Shown: in pieces, positions 32,389-43,092 of the stretch
How positions within the stretch are numbered: the stretch's first letter is position 1
Layout of the letters: each line of letters starts with the position of its first letter
From: a virus
IMG/VR virus record: IMGVR_UViG_3300012960_000001
Span: 1 to 56,429 of that record
Strand: one strand, 5' to 3'
DNA: 56,429 bases
Made by a program: the position numbers and the translations under genes
Notes under the pieces: model-generated
What the model saw: the letters and a program-made list of their open reading frames with translations, nothing else
The model's database searches: none
Told to the model about the DNA's origin: nothing

Positions 32389-34975
32389 TACCGCTGGCCT
32401 CACGGTGGGTATTGAAGCATTAGAACAATTAGGGACAATAGACGCGAAAACGGCTGCTGATTTCAAGGCGGCTAGTAAAGCTTTTGCTGATAGGGGTAAG
32501 GCATTGGGTGAAACCGCCGTGGCTACGGATAAGCTAGTGGTGGCAACAAAGAAGTTAGGTGAATCTGTTGTGGGTGGTGGTATTGGTAAAGCCGTTGATG
32601 ATCTTAAGAAATACTCCGATGCGATAAAAAATATCCCCAAAGTATTGGTCCCGGGTGGTGCTAAAGCGGATTTAGCCAGTCTCAAAACTCAATTCGCAGC
32701 TGGTAAAATACAAGTCGATGCCCTCGCCACTTCCATATCCCTTGCTAAAAAGAAACTACAAGAACTAGAACCAGAATCAAAAGCATTTAACCAACTTGAA
32801 GCCGAACTGAAGGCCAGTGTGGTAGCTAATGAATTACTAAATAAATCATTCACGTCTACCCGTAGTGAGCTAAAAGCCATGCGGGAGGCGCTTATCCAAT
32901 TAGAGGATGCAGGATTGGAAGGTACCAAGGTGTTTGAGAACTTAGCTGTTTCCGCCGGTCAGTTGGATGATCAATTAGGCGATACCCAAGCCAGGATCAA
33001 AGCGTTAGGTTCAGATACATTTAAATTCGATGCAGCTATCCAAGGGGTGCAGGGTATTGCTGCAGCTTTTTCCATCGCGTCCGGTGCAGCAGCTCTTTTC
33101 GGTGATGAAAGTGAGGAAACCCAGCGGGCATTATTAAAGGTTAATGCTGCAGTAGCTATTTTAAATGGCCTGCAACAGATTAACCAGCTACTGCAAAAGG
33201 AGTCTGCCGTAAGCTTAGCGGCTGAAATTGCCCTTAGGAGGATAGGTACCCTTCAAACTACATTGGCCGCCGCCGCCGAAAGCCGGTTTATTGTAATCCG
33301 ATACGCAGCGATTGTAGCCCAGGGCGCACTGAATGATATAATGGCCGCTAACCCAGCTGGGTTATTACTTTTAGCAATAAGTGCAGTCGCGGGTGCGCTA
33401 TTAATATTTTCCAGTAATTCTGATAAAGCAACGGATTCCCAAGAGGATCTAAAGAAAGCAACGGATAATCTTATTGAAAGTCTTAATACGGAGCTTGATA
33501 TCCAAGAACGCTTACGCAATACGCGCGCGGGCGGCCTCACGCAGACGCGCCAGGAGATTGCCGAACTGCAGGCTAGGGGTGCCGCAAGAAGCACAATAGC
33601 CGCCCTTGAATCTAAGGCATTAGCCGAAGAGGTTGAGAACGCCCGGGTACGTAGGGAAACTTTCCGTGGAATCGCTGGCGCACAAAAAGAGTTCGACGAT
33701 GCTAACGATGAAATTGTAGAAAAGCAGGCCCAACGTAGGGTAAAAGATATTGAAAGTCAAAAAGCTGCAACTGATGAAGGTATTGAATTAACTAAAAAAG
33801 CATTAGAAGCTCAAAAGAAAGCTACTGAATCCTTCCTGAAAGATCAAATAGCCGCCAATGAAGCCGCGTTGATTGAGTCCAGAGATGGTTTTGAAAAGCT
33901 GGTGGCTCAGATTGCCCTTATCAATGCTAAGCTAAGATTGGAATTAGCTGATACCGATTTGGGACCTAATGAGCGCTTAGCTGCTGAACTACGGGCCGGT
34001 GAGGAAATCAAGAAGGCGCGCCAGGATTTATTAGGTGATTTAAAGACGATAAACTCACAGCAACTTGCTGTGAATAAGAATGGTCAAATCGAAATACGGA
34101 AAAGCACCACTCAAGAAGAAGTGCTTACAAGTGCGCAGGTTGCCGCGATTCGATTACAGGGAGAGCAAGCTGCAGCACAAGAAAGAATTAGACTGACCGA
34201 ACAGGAGGAAGAACAAAAAAAGCAAATACGGCAACGCGCAACGGATACGGCGCTAACGACAGCCTCCGCCTTGGCTTCTTCCATAACTGAAATAGCTAAA
34301 AATAACGCTGATGCACAAATAGCTATTGAACAACAGCGGTTGGAACAGGGGCTTATCACACAGCAGCAGTTTGATCAACGCAGTAGGTCTATCCGGCGCC
34401 GTGCTGCACAGGAAGAAAAACAATTAGCAATCTTCCAGGCTGGCATTGCATTGTCTTTAGCTATTCTGTCTGTATTAAAAGATCAGACTATTCCCCCGCC
34501 GGCCAAACCCTTATTCATCGCCTTGGCTTCCGTCGCAGCGCTTGCCCAGATAGCGGCCATACAATCAAAGCCAATACCCGCATTTAAGAAAGGTACGCGA
34601 GATGCCCCTGGCGGCCCATCATTAGTGGGTGAAGCCGGTCCGGAACTTATATATAGCAACGGTAACTGGCAATACGCCAGCAAAGCGACAGTGTTGGACC
34701 TCCCTAAGCATGCTAAAGTAATTCCGACATTGGACACGCAGAAGATATTGAGCAAGTATGATATACCCATGCCCTCAGTACAGCAACATGTAAATACTTC
34801 TATAGGAGGAATTAGCATTGACTATAGAAAGTTGGGAATGGCTGTTGGAAAGGAGATTGCTAAACTTCCCCTACAGCAAAACAATTGGGATGAAGATGGG
34901 TATTCGAGTTACCAGTCTTCCGTTGCCGGCCGTAAATCATATCTCACAACTAAATATAGGAGCCCGCGCAAATGA
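32351..34975 (+). CDS. Tail tape measure protein
   Basis: 874 aa. Ala/Gln/Glu-rich coiled coil. Central hydrophobic AGLLLLAISAVAGALLIF. C-terminal LVGEAGPELIY motif. Confidence 0.82.
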   Translation: MAVKPIIIPLVADTAGLTVGIEALEQLGTIDAKTAADFKAASKAFADRGKALGETAVATDKLVVATKKLGESVVGGGIGKAVDDLKKYSDAIKNIPKVLVPGGAKADLASLKTQFAAGKIQVDALATSISLAKKKLQELEPESKAFNQLEAELKASVVANELLNKSFTSTRSELKAMREALIQLEDAGLEGTKVFENLAVSAGQLDDQLGDTQARIKALGSDTFKFDAAIQGVQGIAAAFSIASGAAALFGDESEETQRALLKVNAAVAILNGLQQINQLLQKESAVSLAAEIALRRIGTLQTTLAAAAESRFIVIRYAAIVAQGALNDIMAANPAGLLLLAISAVAGALLIFSSNSDKATDSQEDLKKATDNLIESLNTELDIQERLRNTRAGGLTQTRQEIAELQARGAARSTIAALESKALAEEVENARVRRETFRGIAGAQKEFDDANDEIVEKQAQRRVKDIESQKAATDEGIELTKKALEAQKKATESFLKDQIAANEAALIESRDGFEKLVAQIALINAKLRLELADTDLGPNERLAAELRAGEEIKKARQDLLGDLKTINSQQLAVNKNGQIEIRKSTTQEEVLTSAQVAAIRLQGEQAAAQERIRLTEQEEEQKKQIRQRATDTALTTASALASSITEIAKNNADAQIAIEQQRLEQGLITQQQFDQRSRSIRRRAAQEEKQLAIFQAGIALSLAILSVLKDQTIPPPAKPLFIALASVAALAQIAAIQSKPIPAFKKGTRDAPGGPSLVGEAGPELIYSNGNWQYASKATVLDLPKHAKVIPTLDTQKILSKYDIPMPSVQQHVNTSIGGISIDYRKLGMAVGKEIAKLPLQQNNWDEDGYSSYQSSVAGRKSYLTTKYRSPRK

Positions 34976-37911
34976 GTATCTGGAAATTCATATTGATAGA
35001 TAGCTCAGACGCTGAAACGGAAATAGATAATCCGGATGGGTGGAATGATATTACCGTCAATATCGAAAGGGACGATAATTGGCATGGAATATTCTTTTCC
35101 TATGCCTTCCAGAAGTTAACCTTTTTTGGACAAGGGGCATCACTCATAAAGGCTGAATATGAAGAAAAGGGAGTGGATGGGGAAATGGAAATGTCAATAT
35201 TCTTCCAATGCAGTGATGGTGAGACCTACGACGAGTTTTACAGGGGTAGATTATCGTTTGATGAATACGAAGATGTTTGTGGGGATTTGTGCAGCGTTAC
35301 CATAGGGCTGCAGGATTCCAACGATATTATGCTGATGCGTAATAACTATGAGCAAAAGGTAAACCTAAATAGTAACATAGCCTTTGACGAAACTACAACA
35401 TTAACGGATTATGATCTTCTGAACTTTGATTTGGAAATACCGAGCCGCGGGATACCATTATCGAGTACAGGATCAAACGACGCACTACAGTCATTTGAAT
35501 TGTTGGATTATGCTACGTGGGGGAATATTAGCGGATCGGGAAGCACAGGAACGGAGCAAGGTGCTTTAATGCCGATATTCACTATTAACACTGCATCAGA
35601 GGTTAAGGATACGGCCATTAACGCAGGCCCCTACTATGATACAACCGTTGTATTTAATAATGGAGAGGATAGTATAGGAACACCACCCTTTATAAGCCTG
35701 GCAGAAAATCAAGCATTGAAATGTGTTCCGGATCAGTTCAAACTAGATTTTACTATCACCGGCCGGCTAAATGATATTTCCAATGCCACTAGGATTGTGG
35801 ACATGAACCTCATTATAAGGCAAGGGCCAAACCCATCTGCAACCACACTAATTTCTAACCAAATATTAGTAAGTTATGAGGCTGGTTCATCGGTAACCAC
35901 TGAATTTTCGGCCTCGTACTCTGATTATGTGCCCATTCAACCCGGGTACAAGATTTACATTTTCGCCATTATAAACTATGTCAAAACATCCTCTGCTGTT
36001 TTGCAGTCGTTAGTAGTAGAATTTGATCAGACGAATACCATTTCCTTTACGGGAATAAGCTATTGTGAGGCTACAGACGCAAAGGCATATATGATCAATG
36101 AAGCTGTAAGCCGGACGGTGGAGGCCATTACAAACGATCAGATAAGATTTTATTCAACATTCTTTGGGCGCCGTAATTCTCAACCTTATTCCATTACACT
36201 TAACACCTGTGCCGGCGCCTTCGCAATCTCTAACGGCCTGAATGTGCGAAGGAGATTGCTGAAAGATGGCACACAACCTGGTTTCTTTGTTACTCTTAAG
36301 CAGTTGTTTGAAGAAACTAAGGCTATATGGAACACAGGTCTAACTATTGAGCCAGACTTAAACCGACCCGGATTTAACCGGATGCGCTTTGAGGATTGGC
36401 GATATTTTTACCAAGATGAAGTGGGTCTCCGATTCAATTACACTACGAAGGTCACCAGGACAGTAGATACTGACCGTGTATTTAACCGAATAGTTGTGGG
36501 ATATAACAAATGGACTGCTGGGGAGTATTCTGGCTTGGACGAGTTCATGACCAAAAGGAATTACCGCGTGAATATTAATGCGGTAAGTAACGAGCTGGAG
36601 GCCACCACGGATATTATATGCAGCCCATATACTATAGAAATTACCCGTCGTTTGGATACCGGTACCGATGACTGGCAATATGATAATGAAGTCTTTGGTT
36701 TTTGTACCGAGGTGGCTGACGGCACACCGGTAATAGAGACCTTTGAAACCTCCGCTTATAGTGTGGAAAATGTCAACGATCCAAATACTTGTTATAATGG
36801 CCGTATAAGCCCTGCGCGTAATGCTATGCGATGGTTTAATTATGTAATGCAGGGATTGCGCAACCTTCAGCCTGACAGTAAGCTAATATTCACCGGCGGA
36901 GAAGCAAACTACATTGCTAAGTACGGATTATCCAACTGCAATATAGAGGCCAACGCGTTGCAGGAGAACGAGAACATAGAAGTGACAGACTTCGAGAATG
37001 AAAACAACGCAAGGCCCATACTATATCCGGAGACTATAACCTTTGATCATCCGCTTAACTTCAATCTGTTTAAACGCATAAAGAACGATCCGGCCCTGAA
37101 GTTCAAAAGTATTGAGGTTAATTGTAATGGGACAATGATTCCGGCATGGTTGAAATCAATTAGCTACAAACCGGAACAAGGGCAAGCAACTATAATAGCA
37201 ATCCCTAAGAATAATAGCATTATTCCAGAACCTCCTGTACCTATACCGTGCCAAGCGACAATCGTAGAGGGCAGTGTAACAATGACCGATTTCGATTGGG
37301 AAGCAGGGATGGCCACGGTGGACTTCACAGAGGGTAATCCGGGCGCAACACAATGGTCTTATATAATTACTCAGGGAAGTACGCCAGGGGCGGGAACGGG
37401 CTTTAATGGCGTAACTACAGCCCATCCTTTCTCAGTGGGAGGATTAACGCCCGGAACATGGAGCGTGTTTATCGCTCCTTATTGCACGCCGGATGAAGTG
37501 GGACTCAATTACGGTACTGGTACTTTTGAATTAGCGTCGCCACCGTTTGCAATTGAACTTTCGGCGGTTCTGACAAACTTAGGAAGCAATAATCATTTAA
37601 TACTAACTGCAACCACAGTAGGGGCTGTTCCTGCGCCAGCGGGATTTAGTTTCCAATGGGGACAGTGTGTATATAATACTTCCATACCCACAAATGCGTG
37701 TAGGGCTTATCCCGGAAGTGTGCTGCCGTCACCCACTAACACTATGACCTTTAGCGCAGGAGATACAACGCAATCGCAGAACAGTGTCACAATTACTGCC
37801 GGGTCGTCTTATGGTTACATTACTAAGATTGTATTATATAATCTGATTGGTATATCAAGTGCTGACATAACAAAAGCCGCGGGGCAAGGATGGACTTTAG
37901 AATTTATGTAA
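34972..37911 (+). CDS. Large distal tail/baseplate structural protein
   Basis: 979 aa immediately after the tape measure gene, 4-nt overlap. Confidence 0.5.
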   Translation: MSIWKFILIDSSDAETEIDNPDGWNDITVNIERDDNWHGIFFSYAFQKLTFFGQGASLIKAEYEEKGVDGEMEMSIFFQCSDGETYDEFYRGRLSFDEYEDVCGDLCSVTIGLQDSNDIMLMRNNYEQKVNLNSNIAFDETTTLTDYDLLNFDLEIPSRGIPLSSTGSNDALQSFELLDYATWGNISGSGSTGTEQGALMPIFTINTASEVKDTAINAGPYYDTTVVFNNGEDSIGTPPFISLAENQALKCVPDQFKLDFTITGRLNDISNATRIVDMNLIIRQGPNPSATTLISNQILVSYEAGSSVTTEFSASYSDYVPIQPGYKIYIFAIINYVKTSSAVLQSLVVEFDQTNTISFTGISYCEATDAKAYMINEAVSRTVEAITNDQIRFYSTFFGRRNSQPYSITLNTCAGAFAISNGLNVRRRLLKDGTQPGFFVTLKQLFEETKAIWNTGLTIEPDLNRPGFNRMRFEDWRYFYQDEVGLRFNYTTKVTRTVDTDRVFNRIVVGYNKWTAGEYSGLDEFMTKRNYRVNINAVSNELEATTDIICSPYTIEITRRLDTGTDDWQYDNEVFGFCTEVADGTPVIETFETSAYSVENVNDPNTCYNGRISPARNAMRWFNYVMQGLRNLQPDSKLIFTGGEANYIAKYGLSNCNIEANALQENENIEVTDFENENNARPILYPETITFDHPLNFNLFKRIKNDPALKFKSIEVNCNGTMIPAWLKSISYKPEQGQATIIAIPKNNSIIPEPPVPIPCQATIVEGSVTMTDFDWEAGMATVDFTEGNPGATQWSYIITQGSTPGAGTGFNGVTTAHPFSVGGLTPGTWSVFIAPYCTPDEVGLNYGTGTFELASPPFAIELSAVLTNLGSNNHLILTATTVGAVPAPAGFSFQWGQCVYNTSIPTNACRAYPGSVLPSPTNTMTFSAGDTTQSQNSVTITAGSSYGYITKIVLYNLIGISSADITKAAGQGWTLEFM

Positions 37912-37912
37912 A

Positions 37913-39271
37913 ATGATAGGATCACCTATAAATAGCTTCGTAGATTTTAACACACCGAACGTGGATTGTTTGGGTGATGAGAGAGACGTGGCCCTGCCGG
38001 TGTATGACAACTTCGGTATTAAGTTTCAGATTAAAATATCTGATGCCTCTGTTTTCGCTGATGATACACTTTATGCAGCCGCCTGTAGTGAAGATTGTGA
38101 ATTAGTATATGATCCTGACTATGAGGTTATTTCTACCTGTCCCAGATATAAGTTTGTCACGAATGCCGGGCCCTTAATTGACTCTAATTTCCCCTTACTT
38201 GTAGGTAATTATGCGCCAAATCCAGGACAGCCACAGGTTCCGGAAGGGCTATATAATCAACAAGAGTTCTTAGATATTATTGCTCAAACATACGAAACTG
38301 AACTACCTGGACTGGATTTTTATAACTGTTGTGAGATACCGACGATAACTGGAATCGTGGTGTTTTTAGAAGGCGCTGGTAGCGCGAAGGAATTAAACCT
38401 GAATGTCTACTTCGGATACGGTTATGTGAACTTTCCTACTACTAGTTTAAGTGGATACATACTACCTAACGAATGTTTCCGGTACTGCGTTTTAAACGAT
38501 GCGAAAGCAGTAATAAACTGTAGCAATCTCTTTTATCGTATTACTGATCCATGCTATACTACAGTATTCAATTACTATAACGAAGAAAATGCGTACGATT
38601 TCAAGTATGTAACATACGATGATGGGGGAACTGATCGAATAACCGAAAATCAGATACGGCTTTTTGTGACCCTGCAAAAACCTGAACATTTAATTGAGGA
38701 AAATATCTTCCGGCGATCCGATAAAGTTCAGCAGAGACTTTCCACGCTTATCGAGAAGGAATGGCAGGCAGACACTAGCTATTTTTCGGAAGATCAGCAT
38801 GATAAGCTGGTAGCAATGTTGAAGCATGATTATTTAAATGTAAAATATGATAGTAAGAAAATAGACAGGAGAATGACGCAGATAGGGCCCGTGGATAAAG
38901 AGTTTACTGATATTAACAATCCAATAACATATCCTGCTCATTTTAAGATTAGGGATTATTCCAAATCCAATACTAATAATAATTGTGGATTTAACTGTGG
39001 AATTGAATTAGTAGAAGAATGTGAAGGAGGGGGTGTAACGCCAGAATGCCCAGATAAGTTTAGCATAGAGTTTACAATGGCCGCAGACCAGGAAACTTAT
39101 CAGAATGACAATCTTATAGGGCTCACAGCTGATCAAATTGAAGTATACAGGGAGGGATTATTACAATATACGACCGGGCTCAATTATTATTCCACTGATT
39201 CACTAACCGGAACGATAACATTTGTTCCTGTAGGGTACGCAGGCGAACGCATTGCAATTGTAGAAATATGA
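37913..39271 (+). CDS. Tail-associated structural protein
   Basis: 452 aa in the tail operon. Confidence 0.45.
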   Translation: MIGSPINSFVDFNTPNVDCLGDERDVALPVYDNFGIKFQIKISDASVFADDTLYAAACSEDCELVYDPDYEVISTCPRYKFVTNAGPLIDSNFPLLVGNYAPNPGQPQVPEGLYNQQEFLDIIAQTYETELPGLDFYNCCEIPTITGIVVFLEGAGSAKELNLNVYFGYGYVNFPTTSLSGYILPNECFRYCVLNDAKAVINCSNLFYRITDPCYTTVFNYYNEENAYDFKYVTYDDGGTDRITENQIRLFVTLQKPEHLIEENIFRRSDKVQQRLSTLIEKEWQADTSYFSEDQHDKLVAMLKHDYLNVKYDSKKIDRRMTQIGPVDKEFTDINNPITYPAHFKIRDYSKSNTNNNCGFNCGIELVEECEGGGVTPECPDKFSIEFTMAADQETYQNDNLIGLTADQIEVYREGLLQYTTGLNYYSTDSLTGTITFVPVGYAGERIAIVEI

Positions 39272-40116
39272 AAGGGATTTTATTAATAGCCTTAGGGCAC
39301 GAGAACTATATAAGGATGGCGGTCAACTTGGCCGCTTCTATACGTGCTACGGATAAGGCGGTTAATATCTGTCTAGTCCATGACGGTAAGTTCTCTGATC
39401 TGCCAACAACAGAGCAAGGATTGTTTACTAAAAACATTCTCTGCCCGGATACTCATTGCAAAACCAACGGGCAAGAGGATTGTATCAAAGCTAAAACGCG
39501 GTTGTATGAGCTTACGCCCTATCAACAAACGTTGTTCCTTGATGTAGATATGGTTTGGCTGTTGGATAAGCCTGTTACGGAACTTATTGAAAGCCTTGAC
39601 GGCATTGACTTTACTATTATGAACACAGGGCCCGTAGAAAAGTGCTATTGGGCAGAACCGGACGAGTTAAGGCGAGTATTAGGGAACGAAATGCCCATGT
39701 ATGTTTTTTATAGTGAGCTAATATATTTTGAGAAAGGCGATAAGGCAAAGGCATTCTTTAAAAAAGTAAAACAGGCATTCGATAAGCCCATTGTGGATGC
39801 GCGAACATTTGGGACAAGTGCCATTCCGGACGAGCTGGCCTTCATAATAGCCAGTCTCCAAACGGGAGTATTGCCCCACCAGGATAACTGGTTCCCAGTG
39901 TACTGGCACTTTCGGGATAAAGGCAAACGCCATCTGCAGCCTTATCAGTTATCGAAAGAGTTTTACGCTTATAGCATAGGTGGCAACGTAACACCGGAAT
40001 ATGCTAAAGCACATTATAATAACCTGACTGCTCATTATGGAAAAATGATGGGCATAAAACAGCCGTACCAGGTGCGGGATAAAAGAAGCTATATAATGGA
40101 ACGCACAAAGTATTAA
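39268..40116 (+). CDS. GT8-like nucleotide-diphospho-sugar transferase
   Basis: ILLIALGHENYIRMAVNLAASIR...LFLDVDMVWL (DxD). Confidence 0.5.
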   Translation: MKGILLIALGHENYIRMAVNLAASIRATDKAVNICLVHDGKFSDLPTTEQGLFTKNILCPDTHCKTNGQEDCIKAKTRLYELTPYQQTLFLDVDMVWLLDKPVTELIESLDGIDFTIMNTGPVEKCYWAEPDELRRVLGNEMPMYVFYSELIYFEKGDKAKAFFKKVKQAFDKPIVDARTFGTSAIPDELAFIIASLQTGVLPHQDNWFPVYWHFRDKGKRHLQPYQLSKEFYAYSIGGNVTPEYAKAHYNNLTAHYGKMMGIKQPYQVRDKRSYIMERTKY

Positions 40117-40117
40117 G

Positions 40118-41941
40118 ATGCCCATTAATGTAACGGCAGACCTGATCAAACAGTATGCTATCAAGCAGTTGAAGTACAAAGGCTACGATGATTCAGTTAA
40201 GCTTTATGAAGCCTTGCGCGTACACGCGGACGGGGATATGCCAAAGGATGTGATTAAAGAAAGGCGACCTAGCGAAAGCGAACGGATCATGGAATACCGG
40301 GAAAAGATTTATGTGCCGATAACGGAGCCTACATTAAGTAAAGTAATCACCTCTCTGACAAAAATTAGGCGCTCCCAGGACTGGTCAATAAATTATGATA
40401 AAGATAAAGTACCCGGACGGATAGCCGATAATGAAACCTTGGAGCAATACTGCGAGAAGAATTTCCCCTACTTTAAAAGCGTTACCAATTGGGCGTTCTC
40501 CGTACTGTTAAAGAGTCAAATTGTAGATGCCAATGCCGTAGAGGTTATATGGCCCCTTAATATCAACAGGACAGCGGAGAATGAATATTACAAACCCTTT
40601 CCTGTAATATTTAATTCCGATTTGGTGTTGGATTTCTCTATGGAGGATTACGGCGTTTTTCTTTCCACCGATACTAATACCTACACGTTAGATGGCGTTA
40701 CCAGGACAGACGGTAAAGTGATTTATATCGTCGATAGGAATTTCCTGTATAAATATGTTCAAATCGCGTTGGACGGTACTATGCGGGAGGACTTGAAATG
40801 GCAGCATGGTTTAGGCTTTGCGCCTATGCGCAAACTTGGTGGTGTGTTCTTCAAGGCGATGGATAATATTTTTGTTTATAAATCCCGTATCCAATCAATG
40901 GTGCCCAGGCTGGACGAAGCAGCCCGTATATATAGTGACCTTCAGGCGGAAATTGTTCAGCACGTACACAGTGACAAGTGGATTTATGTAAATACTGAAT
41001 GCCGTCATTGTAATGGAAGTGGGAAAATGCAACTCCGCGACATGGATCCGTGCGCTTGTAATCAGTGCGATGGCAGGGGATATGTGCAAACGTCTCCATA
41101 TTCTAATTTGGTACTAACACCTCCTAATAGTGTTCAGGGGCAACAATCTATTCCAACACCGCCGGCCGGTTATATCCAGAAAACGGACGTTGCTCTGATG
41201 GTGGATAAAATAGATGCACAGGTAGAGAAGCAGCTATACGGGGCATTATCGGCCGTGAATATGGAGTTCCTTGCGAAAGTCCCTCTAGCAGAAAGCGGTG
41301 TGGCAAAGGCTTACGACGGAGAAGAAACGAACAACTTCGTTCATTCTGTGGCAGAGGACATAGTTGCCGCTATAGACTGGACTTATAAAATAATTAATGA
41401 ATATCGTTACCGGGATATTGTGCCAAATAAAGCTGATAGAGAGGCTATGCTTCCTTCTATTCCTGTACCGGAAAAGTTTGACCTGCTTTCGAGTACGCTT
41501 TTATTGGACGATTTAGAAAAAGCTAACCAAAACAAGCTAAATCCGGTTATTCTAAATGAAATGCAGATTGAGTACGCATCTAAGAAATTCTACAATGATC
41601 CGGAAGTAAAGGACGAACTAGAAACTATTTTTCAATTGGATCCTTTTCCGAATATTACTGAGGATGAAAAGATGGGGAGATTAGAAAGCGGGGGCATTAC
41701 TAAAGAAGATTATGTAATAAGCTCTAATATTCAGCAATTCGTTCGTCGAGCAATGGAAGAAAATGAGGATTTCGATACAATGGACATGCAGACGAGGAAG
41801 AAAGTAATAATTAAATATGCTCAGGATGTAATTGTTGCCAATTCGCCTAAAACCCAAATAATGCAATCGTTCGGTGGTGATACAAGTCCAGTATTCGACA
41901 CTACTCCGCAGCAAGCAGATCAAAATGCGCAATTAACATAA
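40118..41941 (+). CDS. Putative portal protein with an inserted DnaJ-type zinc finger
   Basis: 607 aa directly upstream of the MuF-like gene. CRHCNGSG...CNQCDGRG. Confidence 0.5.
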   Translation: MPINVTADLIKQYAIKQLKYKGYDDSVKLYEALRVHADGDMPKDVIKERRPSESERIMEYREKIYVPITEPTLSKVITSLTKIRRSQDWSINYDKDKVPGRIADNETLEQYCEKNFPYFKSVTNWAFSVLLKSQIVDANAVEVIWPLNINRTAENEYYKPFPVIFNSDLVLDFSMEDYGVFLSTDTNTYTLDGVTRTDGKVIYIVDRNFLYKYVQIALDGTMREDLKWQHGLGFAPMRKLGGVFFKAMDNIFVYKSRIQSMVPRLDEAARIYSDLQAEIVQHVHSDKWIYVNTECRHCNGSGKMQLRDMDPCACNQCDGRGYVQTSPYSNLVLTPPNSVQGQQSIPTPPAGYIQKTDVALMVDKIDAQVEKQLYGALSAVNMEFLAKVPLAESGVAKAYDGEETNNFVHSVAEDIVAAIDWTYKIINEYRYRDIVPNKADREAMLPSIPVPEKFDLLSSTLLLDDLEKANQNKLNPVILNEMQIEYASKKFYNDPEVKDELETIFQLDPFPNITEDEKMGRLESGGITKEDYVISSNIQQFVRRAMEENEDFDTMDMQTRKKVIIKYAQDVIVANSPKTQIMQSFGGDTSPVFDTTPQQADQNAQLT

Positions 41942-41942
41942 T

Positions 41943-42851
41943 ATGCCATCGCAGGAAGATATACTAAACCAAATTAATAAGATAGTCGAGGAATCGGCCG
42001 CCAAGTTCAATGATAAAATTCCCGGGTGGACGGACCGCATCTGGAGACAGCTCCAAGTTTTGTTCAAGCAAATAGATACCAAGGGCGATAAAATTGTACC
42101 CTCGATAAAGAACTTACGTTTAGTTGGCACCATCGGGCGTAAACTGGAAAAGATTATTGTAGATAAAGAATATCTGTCTGATGTTAAAAATTATATCACA
42201 GCCTTCAATGATATTACTAAATATCAAAATGAATATTTCCAATCTTTAGAAGCGAAGTTCAAACCTACTGCATTATTACAGGCCATAAGAGAACAAGCTG
42301 TAAGCTCTACAATTGATGGATTAACTGAAGCAGGGCTGGGTGATATGAAGGGCAATATCAAAACCACACTGCAAAAGAACATTACTACCGGAGGAAGTTA
42401 TAAGGAGTTGATGAAAACGATGTCCGGTATAGTTACAGATACTAACAAAAGCGAGTCGTCATTTAGTACAAAAATAAAGACTTATACTATTACCTCAGTC
42501 GCGCAATATTCCAGGAACTATAGCCAAACAGTGGCGGAAGGTTTGAATTTCCAATGGTTTCAATATGTCGGTTCGGTAATCACTACCACTAGATGTTTTT
42601 GCCACGCTATGGTGAAAAAGAGATACTTCCATAAGAGCGAAATTCCTGATATTATAAAGGGAGATTTTGATGAATTTCGGGAGAGGGAATGCGATATAAA
42701 TGATAATACAGATTTACCAGATGGATTAATAAAAGGCACCAACGTCTCTAACTTCATGACCTACGCCGGGGGCTGGAACTGTCAGCATTCTATTTTCCCG
42801 GTGCCTCCAAGTGCTGTGCCGCAAGAGCTAAGGGACAAGTTTAAAGACTAA
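41943..42851 (+). CDS. Minor head protein, Mu F / SPP1 gp7-like
   Basis: WFQYVGSVITTTRCFCHAM...GGWNCQHSIFPV resembles the MuF C-terminal signature. Confidence 0.68.
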   Translation: MPSQEDILNQINKIVEESAAKFNDKIPGWTDRIWRQLQVLFKQIDTKGDKIVPSIKNLRLVGTIGRKLEKIIVDKEYLSDVKNYITAFNDITKYQNEYFQSLEAKFKPTALLQAIREQAVSSTIDGLTEAGLGDMKGNIKTTLQKNITTGGSYKELMKTMSGIVTDTNKSESSFSTKIKTYTITSVAQYSRNYSQTVAEGLNFQWFQYVGSVITTTRCFCHAMVKKRYFHKSEIPDIIKGDFDEFRERECDINDNTDLPDGLIKGTNVSNFMTYAGGWNCQHSIFPVPPSAVPQELRDKFKD

Positions 42852-43087
42852 TGGTCAACCTGCTTACCACTTATAGGATGGGTTATGAATCTCCAATGAG
42901 TAGCATGCCAGTTCCATCCATTAGCTATACGCCTATTAACACTAAAATATCCGGTACGTTTATCAATGGTTATAATTAAATCATGCTCCCAGGGCGGAGC
43001 ATCATCTAGACTAATCCATGCATGCTCATTTACAAACTTTAATGCATTTTCCCGACACTCTTCCGCTGTTTCAAAACCACTGTACAT
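42848..43087 (-). CDS. Hypothetical protein
   Basis: Track ORF, 79 aa, antisense to the head operon. Confidence 0.5.
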   Translation of the reverse strand: MYSGFETAEECRENALKFVNEHAWISLDDAPPWEHDLIITIDKRTGYFSVNRRIANGWNWHATHWRFITHPISGKQVDH

Positions 43088-43092
43088 ATAAA

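Noticed and set aside
32320-34818. Five minus-strand ORFs (32320..32685, 32689..32928, 33253..33594, 34111..34359, 34483..34818) inside the tape measure gene
   Set aside because: They are Ala/Ser-rich, low-complexity antisense translations of the GC-rich, Ala/Gln-rich tape measure coding sequence. This is a typical shadow-ORF artefact.
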